Assembly: GCA_965371515.1 (NCBI GenBank)
Contig: CBDUYR010000002.1
Location: forward strand, 50,203-114,202
Length of the DNA: 64,000 nucleotides
Source of the DNA: an uncultured bacterium
GTDB taxonomy: Bacteria; Krumholzibacteriota; Krumholzibacteriia; Krumholzibacteriales; Krumholzibacteriaceae
Reading direction: 5' to 3'
In this document: piece after piece, positions 1 to 8,977 of the stretch
How positions within the stretch are numbered: position 1 is the stretch's first letter
Layout: each line of letters opens with the position of its first letter
The notes under the pieces: generated by a model
Seen by the model: the letters and a program-made list of their open reading frames with translations, nothing else
Told to the model about the DNA's origin: nothing
The model's database searches: none
Made by a program: the position numbers and the translations under genes

Positions 1-173
1 CCTATGATCTTGATCTCTCCGAGGGCCTCGTCGATGAGACTGATCAGGTTCTCGTCCGTGAGGATCAGGGGAACGAGCATGTACGGAAAGACTACGCCGT
101 CGTTTATCGGTATGACGGCGAGTTCTTCGGGTATGTCCCCGACCGGATCGTGTTCTATCACTGATTCGTTCAA
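1..173 (-). CDS. lon: ATP-dependent protease Lon, N-terminal fragment; runs off the window edge
   Basis: Minus-strand translation gives ...DIPEELAVIPINDGVVFPYMLVPLILTDENLISLIDEALGEIKII. This matches the conserved Lon N-terminus (E. coli [36 protein letters not shown]). There is no in-frame ATG. Candidate starts are TTG at 173 (GAGG 8 nt upstream) or GTG at 161. It lies immediately downstream of hsp20. The + strand ORF 4..240 is its antisense shadow. Confidence 0.55.
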   Translation of the reverse strand, partial: MNESVIEHDPVGDIPEELAVIPINDGVVFPYMLVPLILTDENLISLIDEALGEIKII

Positions 174-184
174 TTCCGTGACCT

Positions 185-574
185 CTACTCTATCTCTACC
201 TTTCGGGCACGGCTGGAGGGATCGGTTCTTGCGATCCTGACCTCCAGCATGCCGCGATCGTAACGCGCAGTTGTCTTTTCGTGATCTACGGGAACCGGCA
301 GGTCGATCTCCCTTGCGAACCTTCCTATCTGTATTTCTATCTGCTGGTACTGCTTCCTTCCATCGCAGCACGAGCTTCCCCTGACGCCGCCTATCCTCAG
401 TTTGCTGCCGTCCGTCACGATGTTGATCGTATCGCTGTCCATGCCGGCGATATCGACGATCACGATCACCTCTTCCATGGTAACGATAACGTCCGTCGGC
501 GGTTCCCAGGAAAGATCGGAGGGATACTTCATCCGGGCCTTCCCTGAACTTCGGCTTTCACGGTCGTTTCTCAT
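185..574 (-). CDS. Hsp20/alpha-crystallin family small heat shock protein
   Basis: ACD motifs W-P..DV.ET.EE..V..D.AGM...I.I and a C-terminal GMLEVRI. An alternative start at M15 (532) has GGAAGG 5 nt upstream. Confidence 0.75.
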   Translation of the reverse strand: MRNDRESRSSGKARMKYPSDLSWEPPTDVIVTMEEVIVIVDIAGMDSDTINIVTDGSKLRIGGVRGSSCCDGRKQYQQIEIQIGRFAREIDLPVPVDHEKTTARYDRGMLEVRIARTDPSSRARKVEIE

Positions 575-626
575 TGAAGGGCTTTACCTTTCGTCTTCCG
601 GACGTTCGGTTCTCCAGATGAAGTCG

Positions 627-655
627 AGGATAGAAAAGGCTGGAATCAAAGTCAA
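627..655 (-). promoter_or_regulatory. Putative sigma70-like promoter for hsp20-lon (TTGACT-N17-TATCCT)
   Basis: On the minus strand, -35 TTGACT lies at 650..655 and -10 TATCCT at 627..632 with a 17-nt spacer. TTGA submotifs are repeated nearby (TTGAATTGACTTTGATT). No CIRCE element and no clear sigma32 consensus. Confidence 0.3.
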
Positions 656-751
656 TTCAAAAGGCTGGATATGAAAAGACGGGATGCCCTCTTACCCCTG
701 TCCCTGCTGAAACTCCAGGTATGGATCAGCGGGCATCCCGTCCTCTGTGGT

Positions 752-1198
752 CTATTTCTTGCCCACGCCTATCGCCGGATCACTGCCGGGATATATGAGC
801 GGCTGTTCGTATCCGACAAGGCTGTAACTGGACAGTCTCTTCTCGTCGATATCCCAGTCGTACAGGATGTTGTCCTCGTCGAAATCGAGCATGTAGACGA
901 GCACCGAGCCTGCTCCCCTGTCCTGGATGTAGTAGATGAAGCGTTCCTCGTCATTCACGCTCGAGGTCAGGTAGACGTTCGGCATCCCCCAGGAGGCGAC
1001 GATCTCGTCTCCGTTCATTCCCCTTACGATCTCGCCGTTCCGGATGTTCTCCTGGAAGGCGCTCTCGGGATGACCCTCGATATAGATCTCCCTTGCCTCG
1101 CTGGATGTAAAATTCTCCCTCTCGATATGGGAAGTACAGGAACACCCTGAGACGAAGATCAGCAGGGGCATGGCGAAAAGAAGTGGCAGGTACCTCAT
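752..1198 (-). CDS. Lipoprotein, possibly BamE/SmpA-OmlA-like
   Basis: Signal peptide with lipobox (MRYLPLLFAMPLLIFVSGCS). The GMNGDEIVASWGMP segment resembles the BamE fold motif. The start was moved to the internal Met before the signal peptide. Confidence 0.5.
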   Translation of the reverse strand: MRYLPLLFAMPLLIFVSGCSCTSHIERENFTSSEAREIYIEGHPESAFQENIRNGEIVRGMNGDEIVASWGMPNVYLTSSVNDEERFIYYIQDRGAGSVLVYMLDFDEDNILYDWDIDEKRLSSYSLVGYEQPLIYPGSDPAIGVGKK

Positions 1199-1399
1199 TG
1201 CGCTCCCTCCTTGATGTTGGGAGTCCTCCACACACAATGCGCCGAAACCCTTTACGGCACATCGATTTCATGACATGAGAGCGATCAGCACGAGAAAACA
1301 CCACGGCCCTCTCGAGCTGCGGTGTCACAACTCCTGTCTCCTCGCGGTGGGGTCCGAAAGGACAAAAATCACCCCCTGTCAAATCACCTTTCATTATTA

Positions 1400-1428
1400 A
1401 GTATATTCCGCTTTCACGGGGTGTCAAT
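1400..1428 (-). promoter_or_regulatory. Near-consensus sigma70 promoter (TTGACA-N17-TATACT) for the lipoprotein gene 752..1198
   Basis: Minus strand: -35 TTGACA at 1423..1428, -10 TATACT at 1400..1405, 17-nt spacer. This implies a ~190-nt 5'UTR that contains the direct repeat AAATCACC-N7-AAATCACC (+ coordinates 1366..1388). Confidence 0.45.
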
Positions 1429-2943
1429 GGGGACCGGGAAAGCCTCGTAGAGAACAAGCGTGACCCCGGGCAGATAATATTCCGCGGAACGGTTCATACT
1501 GGTCTCGAGGTGATCGACGATATGACCCTCGGCATCGGTGTCCCACACCCTGCAGCTGACCAGCCAGACTCTCCTGCGCCCTTCTGTCAGCCGGCGGAAT
1601 TTCTCCTCGATGCCGTCACGGTCAAGATGCGCGGCATAGATCGATTTCACGGGCCGGCTTCCGCGGTAATAGTGCCGTACCGCTCTCTCCATCCCCGGGG
1701 CAAGGATTACATCGCCTGGCATGTCCGCATCCGAGATGATCTCGACTGCGCCCCTGATATCATCCCTCGAGTACCTGGGCTCGAAGTGATAATGCATCAC
1801 CGAAAAAAGCATCAGTGCGCACAGGGCCGATGTCGCCGCGACACGCGCTGTCCTGGCGCGTGGGATCCCGTGTGCGATGATCGCGATGAACAGCGGGAAA
1901 GCGCACATGAGGTACCGTACGTTGAGGACCTTTATCTTGAGGATCGCCGCTGCAGTCACGAGTCCGATCGTCGCCGACAAAACGCAGATATAGAGGGCGG
2001 CCCTGCGTTCCCTGAACAGCCTGGCCAGACCGTTTACTGCGGCCGCTCCGAACAGCAACGCCGCAAGGGCTATCTGCAGGCCGTACCTGCCGAGCAGGGA
2101 GGACACCGTTACCGATTCATGCAGTTCCCGGAGATCCGGACCGTATGAGAATCCCATGGCAAAGGCGAAAAGACCGTACGGATATGCCATCAGTTCCGAC
2201 AGGCCGGCACCCTCCATCCTGTAGACGACCGGGCGGCTCGATGCTACCACCGCCCTTATCCTCCTGAGAAAGAAGAACTCCCTGTATATCCATGGAGAGA
2301 CGATGACAAGCGTGACTAAGGCGGCGAGCGCTCCGTATCTCAGGTGGTTCCCCCTGAGCCTGCCCGTCACCACCATGTACAGGGCAAGTCCGGCGCAGAG
2401 GAAAACCGCCATGAAATGCGACAGACAGGCGAGTCCGAGGGCCAGGCCAAGCAGAAGACCGCTCCGGAACGAAGGCTTCTCGTCGAAACGGCTGAAGGCA
2501 AGCAGGGAAAGGACGACAAACATCGTGAGGAACGAGTAGAACCGCAGCTCCTGGGAATAGTAGATGTTGAAAGGGTTGACAGCCATCAGGAGGGCTCCGG
2601 CCAGGGCGGTGCTCTCATTCGACTCGCGCCTGAGCCAGAAATAGATGAGGATCACTGTCACGACCCCGGCCAAGGCTCCCGGAGCGCGCAGCCAGGCCTC
2701 CGAGGAAGATGCCAGCGCCCAGAAATGCATAGCCAGCGAATAGAGCGGCCCGTGAACGTCCCACAACAGTTTGACGCCGTAGGGGATCCCTCCTTCCGGC
2801 GACGAATAAGACCCGATCGTGAGGATCTCGTCGAGCCAGAACGACTGATGACCAAGCCGGAAAAACCTCAGCACGGCGGCCAGCACGGCGACTGCCGTCA
2901 ACACCGCAAGATTTCTGCTGTCTCCTCCTGTATTCCTCATCAT
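1414..2943 (-). CDS. GT-C superfamily glycosyltransferase (ArnT/PMT-like, GT39/GT83 family), polytopic membrane protein
   Basis: 509 aa with many TM helices. The N-terminal region (LRFFRLGHQSFWLDEILTIG... YSQELRFYSF) is typical of ArnT-like 4-amino-arabinose/mannosyl transferases. Confidence 0.7.
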   Translation of the reverse strand: MMRNTGGDSRNLAVLTAVAVLAAVLRFFRLGHQSFWLDEILTIGSYSSPEGGIPYGVKLLWDVHGPLYSLAMHFWALASSSEAWLRAPGALAGVVTVILIYFWLRRESNESTALAGALLMAVNPFNIYYSQELRFYSFLTMFVVLSLLAFSRFDEKPSFRSGLLLGLALGLACLSHFMAVFLCAGLALYMVVTGRLRGNHLRYGALAALVTLVIVSPWIYREFFFLRRIRAVVASSRPVVYRMEGAGLSELMAYPYGLFAFAMGFSYGPDLRELHESVTVSSLLGRYGLQIALAALLFGAAAVNGLARLFRERRAALYICVLSATIGLVTAAAILKIKVLNVRYLMCAFPLFIAIIAHGIPRARTARVAATSALCALMLFSVMHYHFEPRYSRDDIRGAVEIISDADMPGDVILAPGMERAVRHYYRGSRPVKSIYAAHLDRDGIEEKFRRLTEGRRRVWLVSCRVWDTDAEGHIVDHLETSMNRSAEYYLPGVTLVLYEAFPVPIDTP

Positions 2944-3012
2944 TGTCCTTATACCCCCGCAGCGCGATTTTTTCCAGTTGAAAACGAGTTTATCGAAGCC
3001 GATACTCGATCC

Positions 3013-3912
3013 ATGGCGTCAGCAGAGAAAAAAGATACGACGATCTACATCGGGCCCGCAGGCTGGTCGTACGCCGACTGGGAAGGAGTTGTCTACCCTT
3101 CAGGCACAGGGTATGACAGGCTTCTCTACATGGCACGCTACTTTAACGTAATCGAGCTCAACAGCTCATTCTACCGGATCCCCGGGGAAAAGATGGTCTC
3201 CAGCTGGCGGGACAGGCTTTCGACCGTGCCCGGGTTCAGGCTCACCATCAAGGTCAACGGTAAGTTCACGCACGAGAGGGAGTACGTACCGAGCGAGCTG
3301 AAGGCATTCACAGCCCGTTTCTCCCCGCTGCACGAGGCTGGTATCTCTGGTCCCTTTCTCCTGCAGTTCCCCTGGTCTTTCAGAAACACCCCTCGATCGA
3401 GAGAATATCTAGAGAGACTGACTCCCTTCTTCGAGGGCCGTCCGACTGCTGTCGAGTTGAGACACGGCTCCTGGGACGACCCCGAAACACTCGACCTGCT
3501 GTCGAGGTGCGGCTTCGCGTTCTGCAACATCGACCAGCCGCTGATCGGCGATTCCTTCCCGCCGTCGTCATTCGTGACCGATCATGACACGGGCTACATC
3601 CGTCTCCACGGGAGGAACAGTAAGGACTGGTTCCGCAGCGGCGCCGGCCGCGACGCGAGGTACGACTATCTCTATTCACAGGAAGAGATGGAGGAATGGT
3701 CGAAACGTGCCAGCGAGATGATGGGCAGGGTCAGTTCGCTCTTCATAATCACGAACAATCATTTCAGGGGTCAGGCGCTGGTCAACGCCCTCCAGTTGAA
3801 GTCGATGCTCGAAGGAGGCCTGATCGAGGCTCCGGCTTCGCTCATGAGAACATTCGGATCTTTGAGGGATTTCGCCGCTCCCCTTCCCGGAGATGAGGAA
3901 CTCGACTTTTAG
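3013..3912 (+). CDS. DUF72 (UPF0759/YecE-like) family protein
   Basis: Starts IYIGPAGWSYADWEGVVYP, the hallmark N-terminus of DUF72. The start was set at ATG 3013 (MASAEKK). The upstream part of the long ORF 2344..3912 overlaps the opposite-strand GT39 gene and was discarded. Confidence 0.75.
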   Translation: MASAEKKDTTIYIGPAGWSYADWEGVVYPSGTGYDRLLYMARYFNVIELNSSFYRIPGEKMVSSWRDRLSTVPGFRLTIKVNGKFTHEREYVPSELKAFTARFSPLHEAGISGPFLLQFPWSFRNTPRSREYLERLTPFFEGRPTAVELRHGSWDDPETLDLLSRCGFAFCNIDQPLIGDSFPPSSFVTDHDTGYIRLHGRNSKDWFRSGAGRDARYDYLYSQEEMEEWSKRASEMMGRVSSLFIITNNHFRGQALVNALQLKSMLEGGLIEAPASLMRTFGSLRDFAAPLPGDEELDF

Positions 3913-3917
3913 GAAAG

Positions 3918-4493
3918 CTACCTCGTCAATATGCCCAGGAGCAGAACGAGCAGAAACAGTGCGACGTAAAACAGCAGCTTCTTCGGAGATAAATGGGACC
4001 CTTCTCCACCCACCTTCAACGTCATCTTTTTCTTCTGTTTCCTGGCCCTGACAAGGGGCGTAAGGCAGAACTGGCAGAACTCGTCGTCCTTCTTCAGTGG
4101 AAAGCCGCATTTGATACAGTTCTTTTCCTCGATTTCGACGATCTCCTGTTTCTCTTCGGGGATCTCGACCTCAGGCTTCACTTCTTCGGGATTGCAATCC
4201 TCTATGAAGCCGATGCCTCCGGCCTCTTCGATCAGTTCGAGCGCACCTCGAGCCTTCGATGCGATTTTCGTCTCTACGACCTTCTTCGGCAGGTCGCGAA
4301 GCATGAACTTTATCTTGGTAACGGGCGTGCTGGTCAGTATCCCATATTTGATGGCGAATGAATCGGGAGTCTCGATCTCTCGCTTTATCCCCTCGAGGGT
4401 GACCTTGTAGATCGTTTCTTTCGGTCTGACGTCTTTCTTATCATCACCATCTTTGGGCGTGGCAGATCTGTATATGGAATCCTGTACGGACAT
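3918..4493 (-). CDS. Hypothetical tail-anchored protein with a zinc-ribbon (CxxC...CxxC) and a C-terminal TM helix
   Basis: CIKCGFPL...CQFCLTPL, followed by a lysine-rich linker and a hydrophobic C-terminus (LLFYVALFLLVLLLGIL). No recognisable family. Confidence 0.5.
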   Translation of the reverse strand: MSVQDSIYRSATPKDGDDKKDVRPKETIYKVTLEGIKREIETPDSFAIKYGILTSTPVTKIKFMLRDLPKKVVETKIASKARGALELIEEAGGIGFIEDCNPEEVKPEVEIPEEKQEIVEIEEKNCIKCGFPLKKDDEFCQFCLTPLVRARKQKKKMTLKVGGEGSHLSPKKLLFYVALFLLVLLLGILTR

Positions 4494-4563
4494 AATACTC
4501 CCTTCGGGGTTATAGAAAGCATTATCCGTGCCACAGACAGTCGATCGGTTAAGCGAATCGGCG

Positions 4564-4596
4564 GGAAAAAAAGGGGCAGGAAACTATTCCTGCCCC
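4564..4596 (-). terminator. Rho-independent terminator after the FN3 lipoprotein gene
   Basis: Minus strand reads GGGGCAGGAA-tagt-TTCCTGCCCC followed by TTTTTTT (stem at + 4573..4580 and 4589..4596, A-run at 4566..4572). Confidence 0.7.
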
Positions 4597-4619
4597 ATTG
4601 AGAATTATTATTGAAACTG

Positions 4620-5015
4620 TTATCGCGTATTGATTACCGCACACTCCTCGCCGGCCCTCCAACCCTCTATCCCGAAGGTATCGACCGCTGACACCTGGTA
4701 GCAATACTCTACGTTGCCGACGAGCTTCGTGTCTGTGTATGTCAGGTCGGTCGTCGTCCCGGCCAGTTCGACCACGTCGAACGCGGCAAAGTAGTAATAG
4801 ACCCTGAATTCCTCCAGCGTCCCCATACTCTCCGGCGGGTAGTCCCACGATATCGTAGCCTGCTCCGTCCCCGGTGTGACCGTCAGCTCGGTCGGGGTCG
4901 GCGGAGCATCCACATCGAAGGGCGCAGGTTCCGTCCCGTGGTTATTCGAGCAGGAGACGAGGGCGGCAGCCGCGACAATCGTCAATGCCATTATCATCTT
5001 CTTCAGCATCGTCAT
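4620..5015 (-). CDS. Lipoprotein with a fibronectin type III-like domain
   Basis: Signal peptide plus lipobox (LVSCS). Contains TELTVTPGTEQATISWDYP...YCYQVSAVDTFGIEG, typical of FN3. Confidence 0.55.
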   Translation of the reverse strand: MTMLKKMIMALTIVAAAALVSCSNNHGTEPAPFDVDAPPTPTELTVTPGTEQATISWDYPPESMGTLEEFRVYYYFAAFDVVELAGTTTDLTYTDTKLVGNVEYCYQVSAVDTFGIEGWRAGEECAVINTR

Positions 5016-5021
5016 CGCCTC

Positions 5022-5501
5022 CTAGAACGAGAATGTCTTCACGACCATGAAACCATCCGGCCTGATCTCCATCGAGACAGGGGGAACGCTCGCCTCGGGG
5101 CCAAGCGTGATGTCGAGAATACTCCAGACGTACATTCCAGCCAGGACACCGATCGCAATGTTACGGTACCCGTAGATATCATCCGCATCATTCCAGCTGT
5201 CCGTCATCTGCGAGTAGTACTCAACGGCGTCCCCGATGTAGGCTGCCTGCGCGTACCCCCTCTGCGCCTCCTCATACGAATCTATGTGCCGATTGTACTG
5301 CAGGGTAAACCCGCTGATCACTGCGATCGAAACGAGCGCCGTTCCCATCATCACAGCGCCCCTCGTATACCGCCCGGTCGAGAACTGCCCCCACCCCGGG
5401 AATACGACCGACTTGATCACATCTTCGTTCCTTTCGGCGGCGGCGGCCAGAGACGGCAGCAGGAGCAATGCCAGGAGCACTGTCACCGCAATCTTTCTCA
5501 T
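5022..5501 (-). CDS. Secreted/membrane hypothetical protein, DUF5683-like
   Basis: Signal peptide (MRKIAVTVLLALLLLPSLAAAA) and a PGWGQF...Y..G motif with a following TM segment, as in DUF5683. The start was moved to the internal Met at 5501. Confidence 0.45.
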   Translation of the reverse strand: MRKIAVTVLLALLLLPSLAAAAERNEDVIKSVVFPGWGQFSTGRYTRGAVMMGTALVSIAVISGFTLQYNRHIDSYEEAQRGYAQAAYIGDAVEYYSQMTDSWNDADDIYGYRNIAIGVLAGMYVWSILDITLGPEASVPPVSMEIRPDGFMVVKTFSF

Positions 5502-5617
5502 CCTGAATCCTTTCTCCAGGTCATTTCGTTTACGGCTCTTATCCGTTATGTACGAATTTCCGGCGAAAATGTTACATCGCCATACTATAACCTCTTGAGG
5601 ACTGGAACAATAGCCGA

Positions 5618-5646
5618 TTGACATGTTTCGGGAAAGCACTTAGTTT
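5618..5646 (+). promoter_or_regulatory. Putative sigma70 promoter for the ABC operon (TTGACA-N17-TAGTTT)
   Basis: Perfect -35 TTGACA at 5618..5623, a 17-nt spacer and -10 TAGTTT at 5641..5646, about 50 nt upstream of the ATG at 5697. Confidence 0.4.
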
Positions 5647-5696
5647 TATGTCTGCTGCACGCTGGCGAGCAGCCGGCTTCATCGTGGAGGACGGAT

Positions 5697-6647
5697 TTGA
5701 TCCGAATAAGGGAACTGTCAAAATATTACGGGATTACGAAGGCTGTGGATAACCTCTCCTTTACTGTCGAGAGAGGCGAAGTCCTCGGTTTTCTCGGGCC
5801 GAACGGCGCCGGCAAGACCACCACGATGAAAATACTCGCCTGCTACCTTCCCCCTTCTTCCGGTACGGCGGAGATCTTCGGATCCGACATACTGAATGAT
5901 TCGATGGCGGTAAGGAAGAGGATCGGCTACCTCCCCGAAAAGAATCCCCTCTACACCGACATGGACGTCCGCTCCTTCCTCGAGTTCGCTGCCCGCCTGA
6001 AGGGCGTGGAAAGAGAGTCGCTGAACGGTTCGGTGGGCGCAGTCATAGAGAGATGCGGGCTCGGGGAAGTGAGGCGCAGGAAGATCGGCAACCTCTCAAA
6101 GGGATTCCAGCAGAGGGTAGGAATCGCCCAGGCGATCGTGAACGATCCGGAGCTGCTGATCCTCGACGAGCCGACGATCGGCCTCGACCCGAGGCAGATA
6201 ATCGACATCAGAACGCTGATCAAGGAACTGGGCAGGGAGAGGACCGTCATACTCAGCTCACACATCCTCCCCGAGGTAAGCCAGGTCTGCGACAGGATAA
6301 TCATTATCAACAACGGACGTCTCGTGGCCGTCGATTCCCCGGACAACCTCCGCAACAGGCTCAAGAAATCCTCGATGACCAAGGTCCGCATTGCCGGATC
6401 AGCCGATCCGGCCGACACCGAACGTGTCATCCTGTCAGTCGAGGGGACGCGCATGATCCGGATCGAGGAACCGGGCGGAGACGGGTCCGCACTTATCACG
6501 GTCGAATCGTCTTCCGATTCCGATATCCGCAGCGCTCTCGCGAAAAGACTCGTCGAGGAGGATATACCCCTGCTCGAGATCTACAGCGAGGAACTCTCCC
6601 TGGAGGACATCTTCATCAGGCTCGTTACCGAGGAGGGCAACGCATGA
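5697..6647 (+). CDS. ABC transporter ATP-binding protein (GldA-like)
   Basis: Walker A GPNGAGKTT, ABC signature LSKGFQQRV, Walker B LLILDEPT. First gene of the four-gene GldA/GldF/GldG/DUF4340-type cassette. Confidence 0.9.
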   Translation: MIRIRELSKYYGITKAVDNLSFTVERGEVLGFLGPNGAGKTTTMKILACYLPPSSGTAEIFGSDILNDSMAVRKRIGYLPEKNPLYTDMDVRSFLEFAARLKGVERESLNGSVGAVIERCGLGEVRRRKIGNLSKGFQQRVGIAQAIVNDPELLILDEPTIGLDPRQIIDIRTLIKELGRERTVILSSHILPEVSQVCDRIIIINNGRLVAVDSPDNLRNRLKKSSMTKVRIAGSADPADTERVILSVEGTRMIRIEEPGGDGSALITVESSSDSDIRSALAKRLVEEDIPLLEIYSEELSLEDIFIRLVTEEGNA

Positions 6648-7414
6648 GCATAACCTCCGCGATATACGGCAGGGAACTGAGATACTTTTTCCAGTCGGTG
6701 ACAGCGTATGTGGTCATCTTTATGTTTCTGGTAGTGTCAGGCGGATTCTTCTACTTCATCTTCCGTGCCTACAACCTGATGTCCCTGCAGTCGTTGCAGA
6801 GCGCATTCGCGCCGGGGGGCCTGAACCTCATCGACGGAGTGATGCGGCCGCTGCTCGGCAACATCAGCATCATGATCCTGCTCTTCCTGCCCCTTCTCAC
6901 GATGAGACTGATGGCCGAGGAAAAGAAGCAGGGAACCTTCGAACTCCTCTCCACATACCCCGTCTCCGACATAGCCATCGTATCGGGCAAGTTTCTCGCG
7001 GCGCTGACTGTATACGCGATAATGCTCGGCTGCACTCTGCTGTATCCAGGGATGCTCTTCTTATACGCCGAACCGGAGATCGTACCCATCGTCACGGGAT
7101 ACCTCGGTCTTCTGCTCATGGGCACCGCTTTCATCGCAATCGGTACATTTTTTTCTTCACTTACCTCCAACCAGATCATCGCCGGCGTAGCCACCTTCAG
7201 CACTTTCCTCTTCTTTCTCCTGATCGGCTGGGGCGTCCCGTTTGTCGGACCGAAGTTCGCGGAGGTTCTCGCGCAGGTATCTATCCTCTATCATTTCGAA
7301 TCTTTCTCAAAGGGAGTGATCGAGACGAGCGACGTGACATACTATATCTTCCTCGCTGCCTTTTTCCTGTTTCTGACGGTGAGGTCTCTCGAATCAACCA
7401 GGTGGAAAAGCTGA
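6644..7414 (+). CDS. ABC-2 family permease (GldF-like)
   Basis: 256-aa polytopic protein. Its start overlaps the preceding stop (ATGA at 6644..6647). The N-terminal part of the annotated ORF 6053..7414 is a shadow inside the ATPase gene. Confidence 0.8.
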   Translation: MSITSAIYGRELRYFFQSVTAYVVIFMFLVVSGGFFYFIFRAYNLMSLQSLQSAFAPGGLNLIDGVMRPLLGNISIMILLFLPLLTMRLMAEEKKQGTFELLSTYPVSDIAIVSGKFLAALTVYAIMLGCTLLYPGMLFLYAEPEIVPIVTGYLGLLLMGTAFIAIGTFFSSLTSNQIIAGVATFSTFLFFLLIGWGVPFVGPKFAEVLAQVSILYHFESFSKGVIETSDVTYYIFLAAFFLFLTVRSLESTRWKS

Positions 7415-8964
7415 TGGGCAGCGTAATTTATAAAGTGCTCGGCGCTGCCGGTCTCGTCCTGATCGTCATCGGGGGAATAGTCTACGGGATCTTCTACACG
7501 AGCGGGTGGCCCGCCGTACTCCCCCTCGCCCTCGGCATTGTGCTGACCATAGGGGCTTTCGCCGGTGGATACCGTTCCGAAAGATCGGAAGGATCGAGAC
7601 GAACCGCCCGATACGGAATAAGCGCTGGCCTTTCCGCCATAACGGTGGCTGCTATCCTGATCTTCCTCCAGACACTGTCTTTCAGGCATACTTCTACGAT
7701 CGATCTTACGAGCAACCGGCGTTTTTCCCTCTCATCCCAGACAGAAAAGGTCCTCGGCGCACTTGAAACACCCGTGCACCTCACTGGATTCTACAAGGAG
7801 ACGAGCCAGGACAGGGTCGTGCTGCAGGACCTGCTCGAGAGTTATTCGGCGCGCAAACCGGCCGTGACATTTATCTTCATCGATCCCGACAAGTATCCAA
7901 CTAAAGCACGAGAGTATGGAGTCACAAAACCAGGCATACTATTCGTAGAAACCGGCGAGGCGCGTGAAGAACTCGAGAATCCTGACGAGCAGCGTTTGAC
8001 AAACGCAATCGCCAGGGTGACTTCCGGCAGTGTGAAGACGGTCTGCTTCCTCACCGGCCATGGGGAAAAGTCGGTTTTCGAGACGGGGCCCCACGGTATC
8101 AGCGGTCTGATGGAGGCGCTCCATATGGAAAATTTCGAGGTCCGTGACATCCTCGCTCTCAGCGCCGAGAAGATTCCGGAGGAGTGTGACATCCTCATCG
8201 CCGCCGGTCCTGAGAAGGACATAGTCAAGCATGAGCAGAATGTGATCCTCGACTACCTGGTCGGCGGCGGACGTGCCCTCTTCCTCGTCGATCCGATGAC
8301 CGAGATCACAAACATCGAGGGGATACTGGCAGCCTACGGAATAATTCTCGGCGACGACGTTATCGTAGACATGCAGGGAAAACTACTTGCGGGCAACTTT
8401 CTCACTCCTGTTGTGAACAGTTACGGCAAGCATCCGATAACCGACGGATTCCGGCATTTCACATTCTTCCCTCAGGCACGGTCTGTCATCGCGCTGGCGG
8501 ATACACCTCCATCTCTGGTGGTTACGGCCCTTTGCCGGACAAATGAAGGTACCTATTCCGAGACCGATATGTCGACCCTGCTCGAGGGCCAGACGCAGTA
8601 CGATCCCTCGGAGGACACCAAGGGGCCGATCGACATCGCCGTGGCCTCGGCCATGGGATTCAGCCCTGATTCCATGTCCACGGTCATTGAATCCCGCGTG
8701 GTCGTTTTCGGCGACAGCGATTTCGCCGGGAACTCCAACCTTCGTCTTTCGGGAAACAGGGATCTTCTACTCAATACGATCCTCTGGCTCGCCGAGGCGG
8801 AAGACATGATCTCGATCAGGCCGACCGACAACCTGCAGCAGCCCGTCCTGCTGACAGCTGCCCAGGGACGTTTCGTCTTCTGGATCCCGGTCGTTGCCCT
8901 TCCTGCACTGGTACTGCTCACCGGAGCGGCGATCCTCACGTGGAGAAAGAAAACCGTCCGGTAG
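7402..8964 (+). CDS. GldG-like ABC-type auxiliary component (ABC_transp_aux family)
   Basis: 520 aa, with TM helices at the N and C termini and a large extracytoplasmic domain. This is the typical third gene of the GldAFG cassette. Confidence 0.7.
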   Translation: MEKLMGSVIYKVLGAAGLVLIVIGGIVYGIFYTSGWPAVLPLALGIVLTIGAFAGGYRSERSEGSRRTARYGISAGLSAITVAAILIFLQTLSFRHTSTIDLTSNRRFSLSSQTEKVLGALETPVHLTGFYKETSQDRVVLQDLLESYSARKPAVTFIFIDPDKYPTKAREYGVTKPGILFVETGEAREELENPDEQRLTNAIARVTSGSVKTVCFLTGHGEKSVFETGPHGISGLMEALHMENFEVRDILALSAEKIPEECDILIAAGPEKDIVKHEQNVILDYLVGGGRALFLVDPMTEITNIEGILAAYGIILGDDVIVDMQGKLLAGNFLTPVVNSYGKHPITDGFRHFTFFPQARSVIALADTPPSLVVTALCRTNEGTYSETDMSTLLEGQTQYDPSEDTKGPIDIAVASAMGFSPDSMSTVIESRVVVFGDSDFAGNSNLRLSGNRDLLLNTILWLAEAEDMISIRPTDNLQQPVLLTAAQGRFVFWIPVVALPALVLLTGAAILTWRKKTVR

Positions 8965-8977
8965 TGGAGGTCCCGAT

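Noticed and set aside
4-240. 78-aa plus-strand ORF at the left edge.
   Set aside because: It is the antisense shadow of the Lon N-terminal coding sequence, whose minus-strand translation matches the conserved Lon motif.
951-1457. 168-aa minus-strand ORF spanning the lipoprotein start and the 1199..1413 intergenic region.
   Set aside because: It crosses a recognisable promoter and leader and is Arg-rich. A better-supported lipoprotein gene with a signal peptide occupies 752..1198.
2344-3012. N-terminal 223 aa of the annotated 522-aa ORF 2344..3912.
   Set aside because: It overlaps the well-supported GT39 membrane protein gene on the opposite strand and is Arg-rich with low complexity. Only the DUF72 portion from ATG 3013 is credible.
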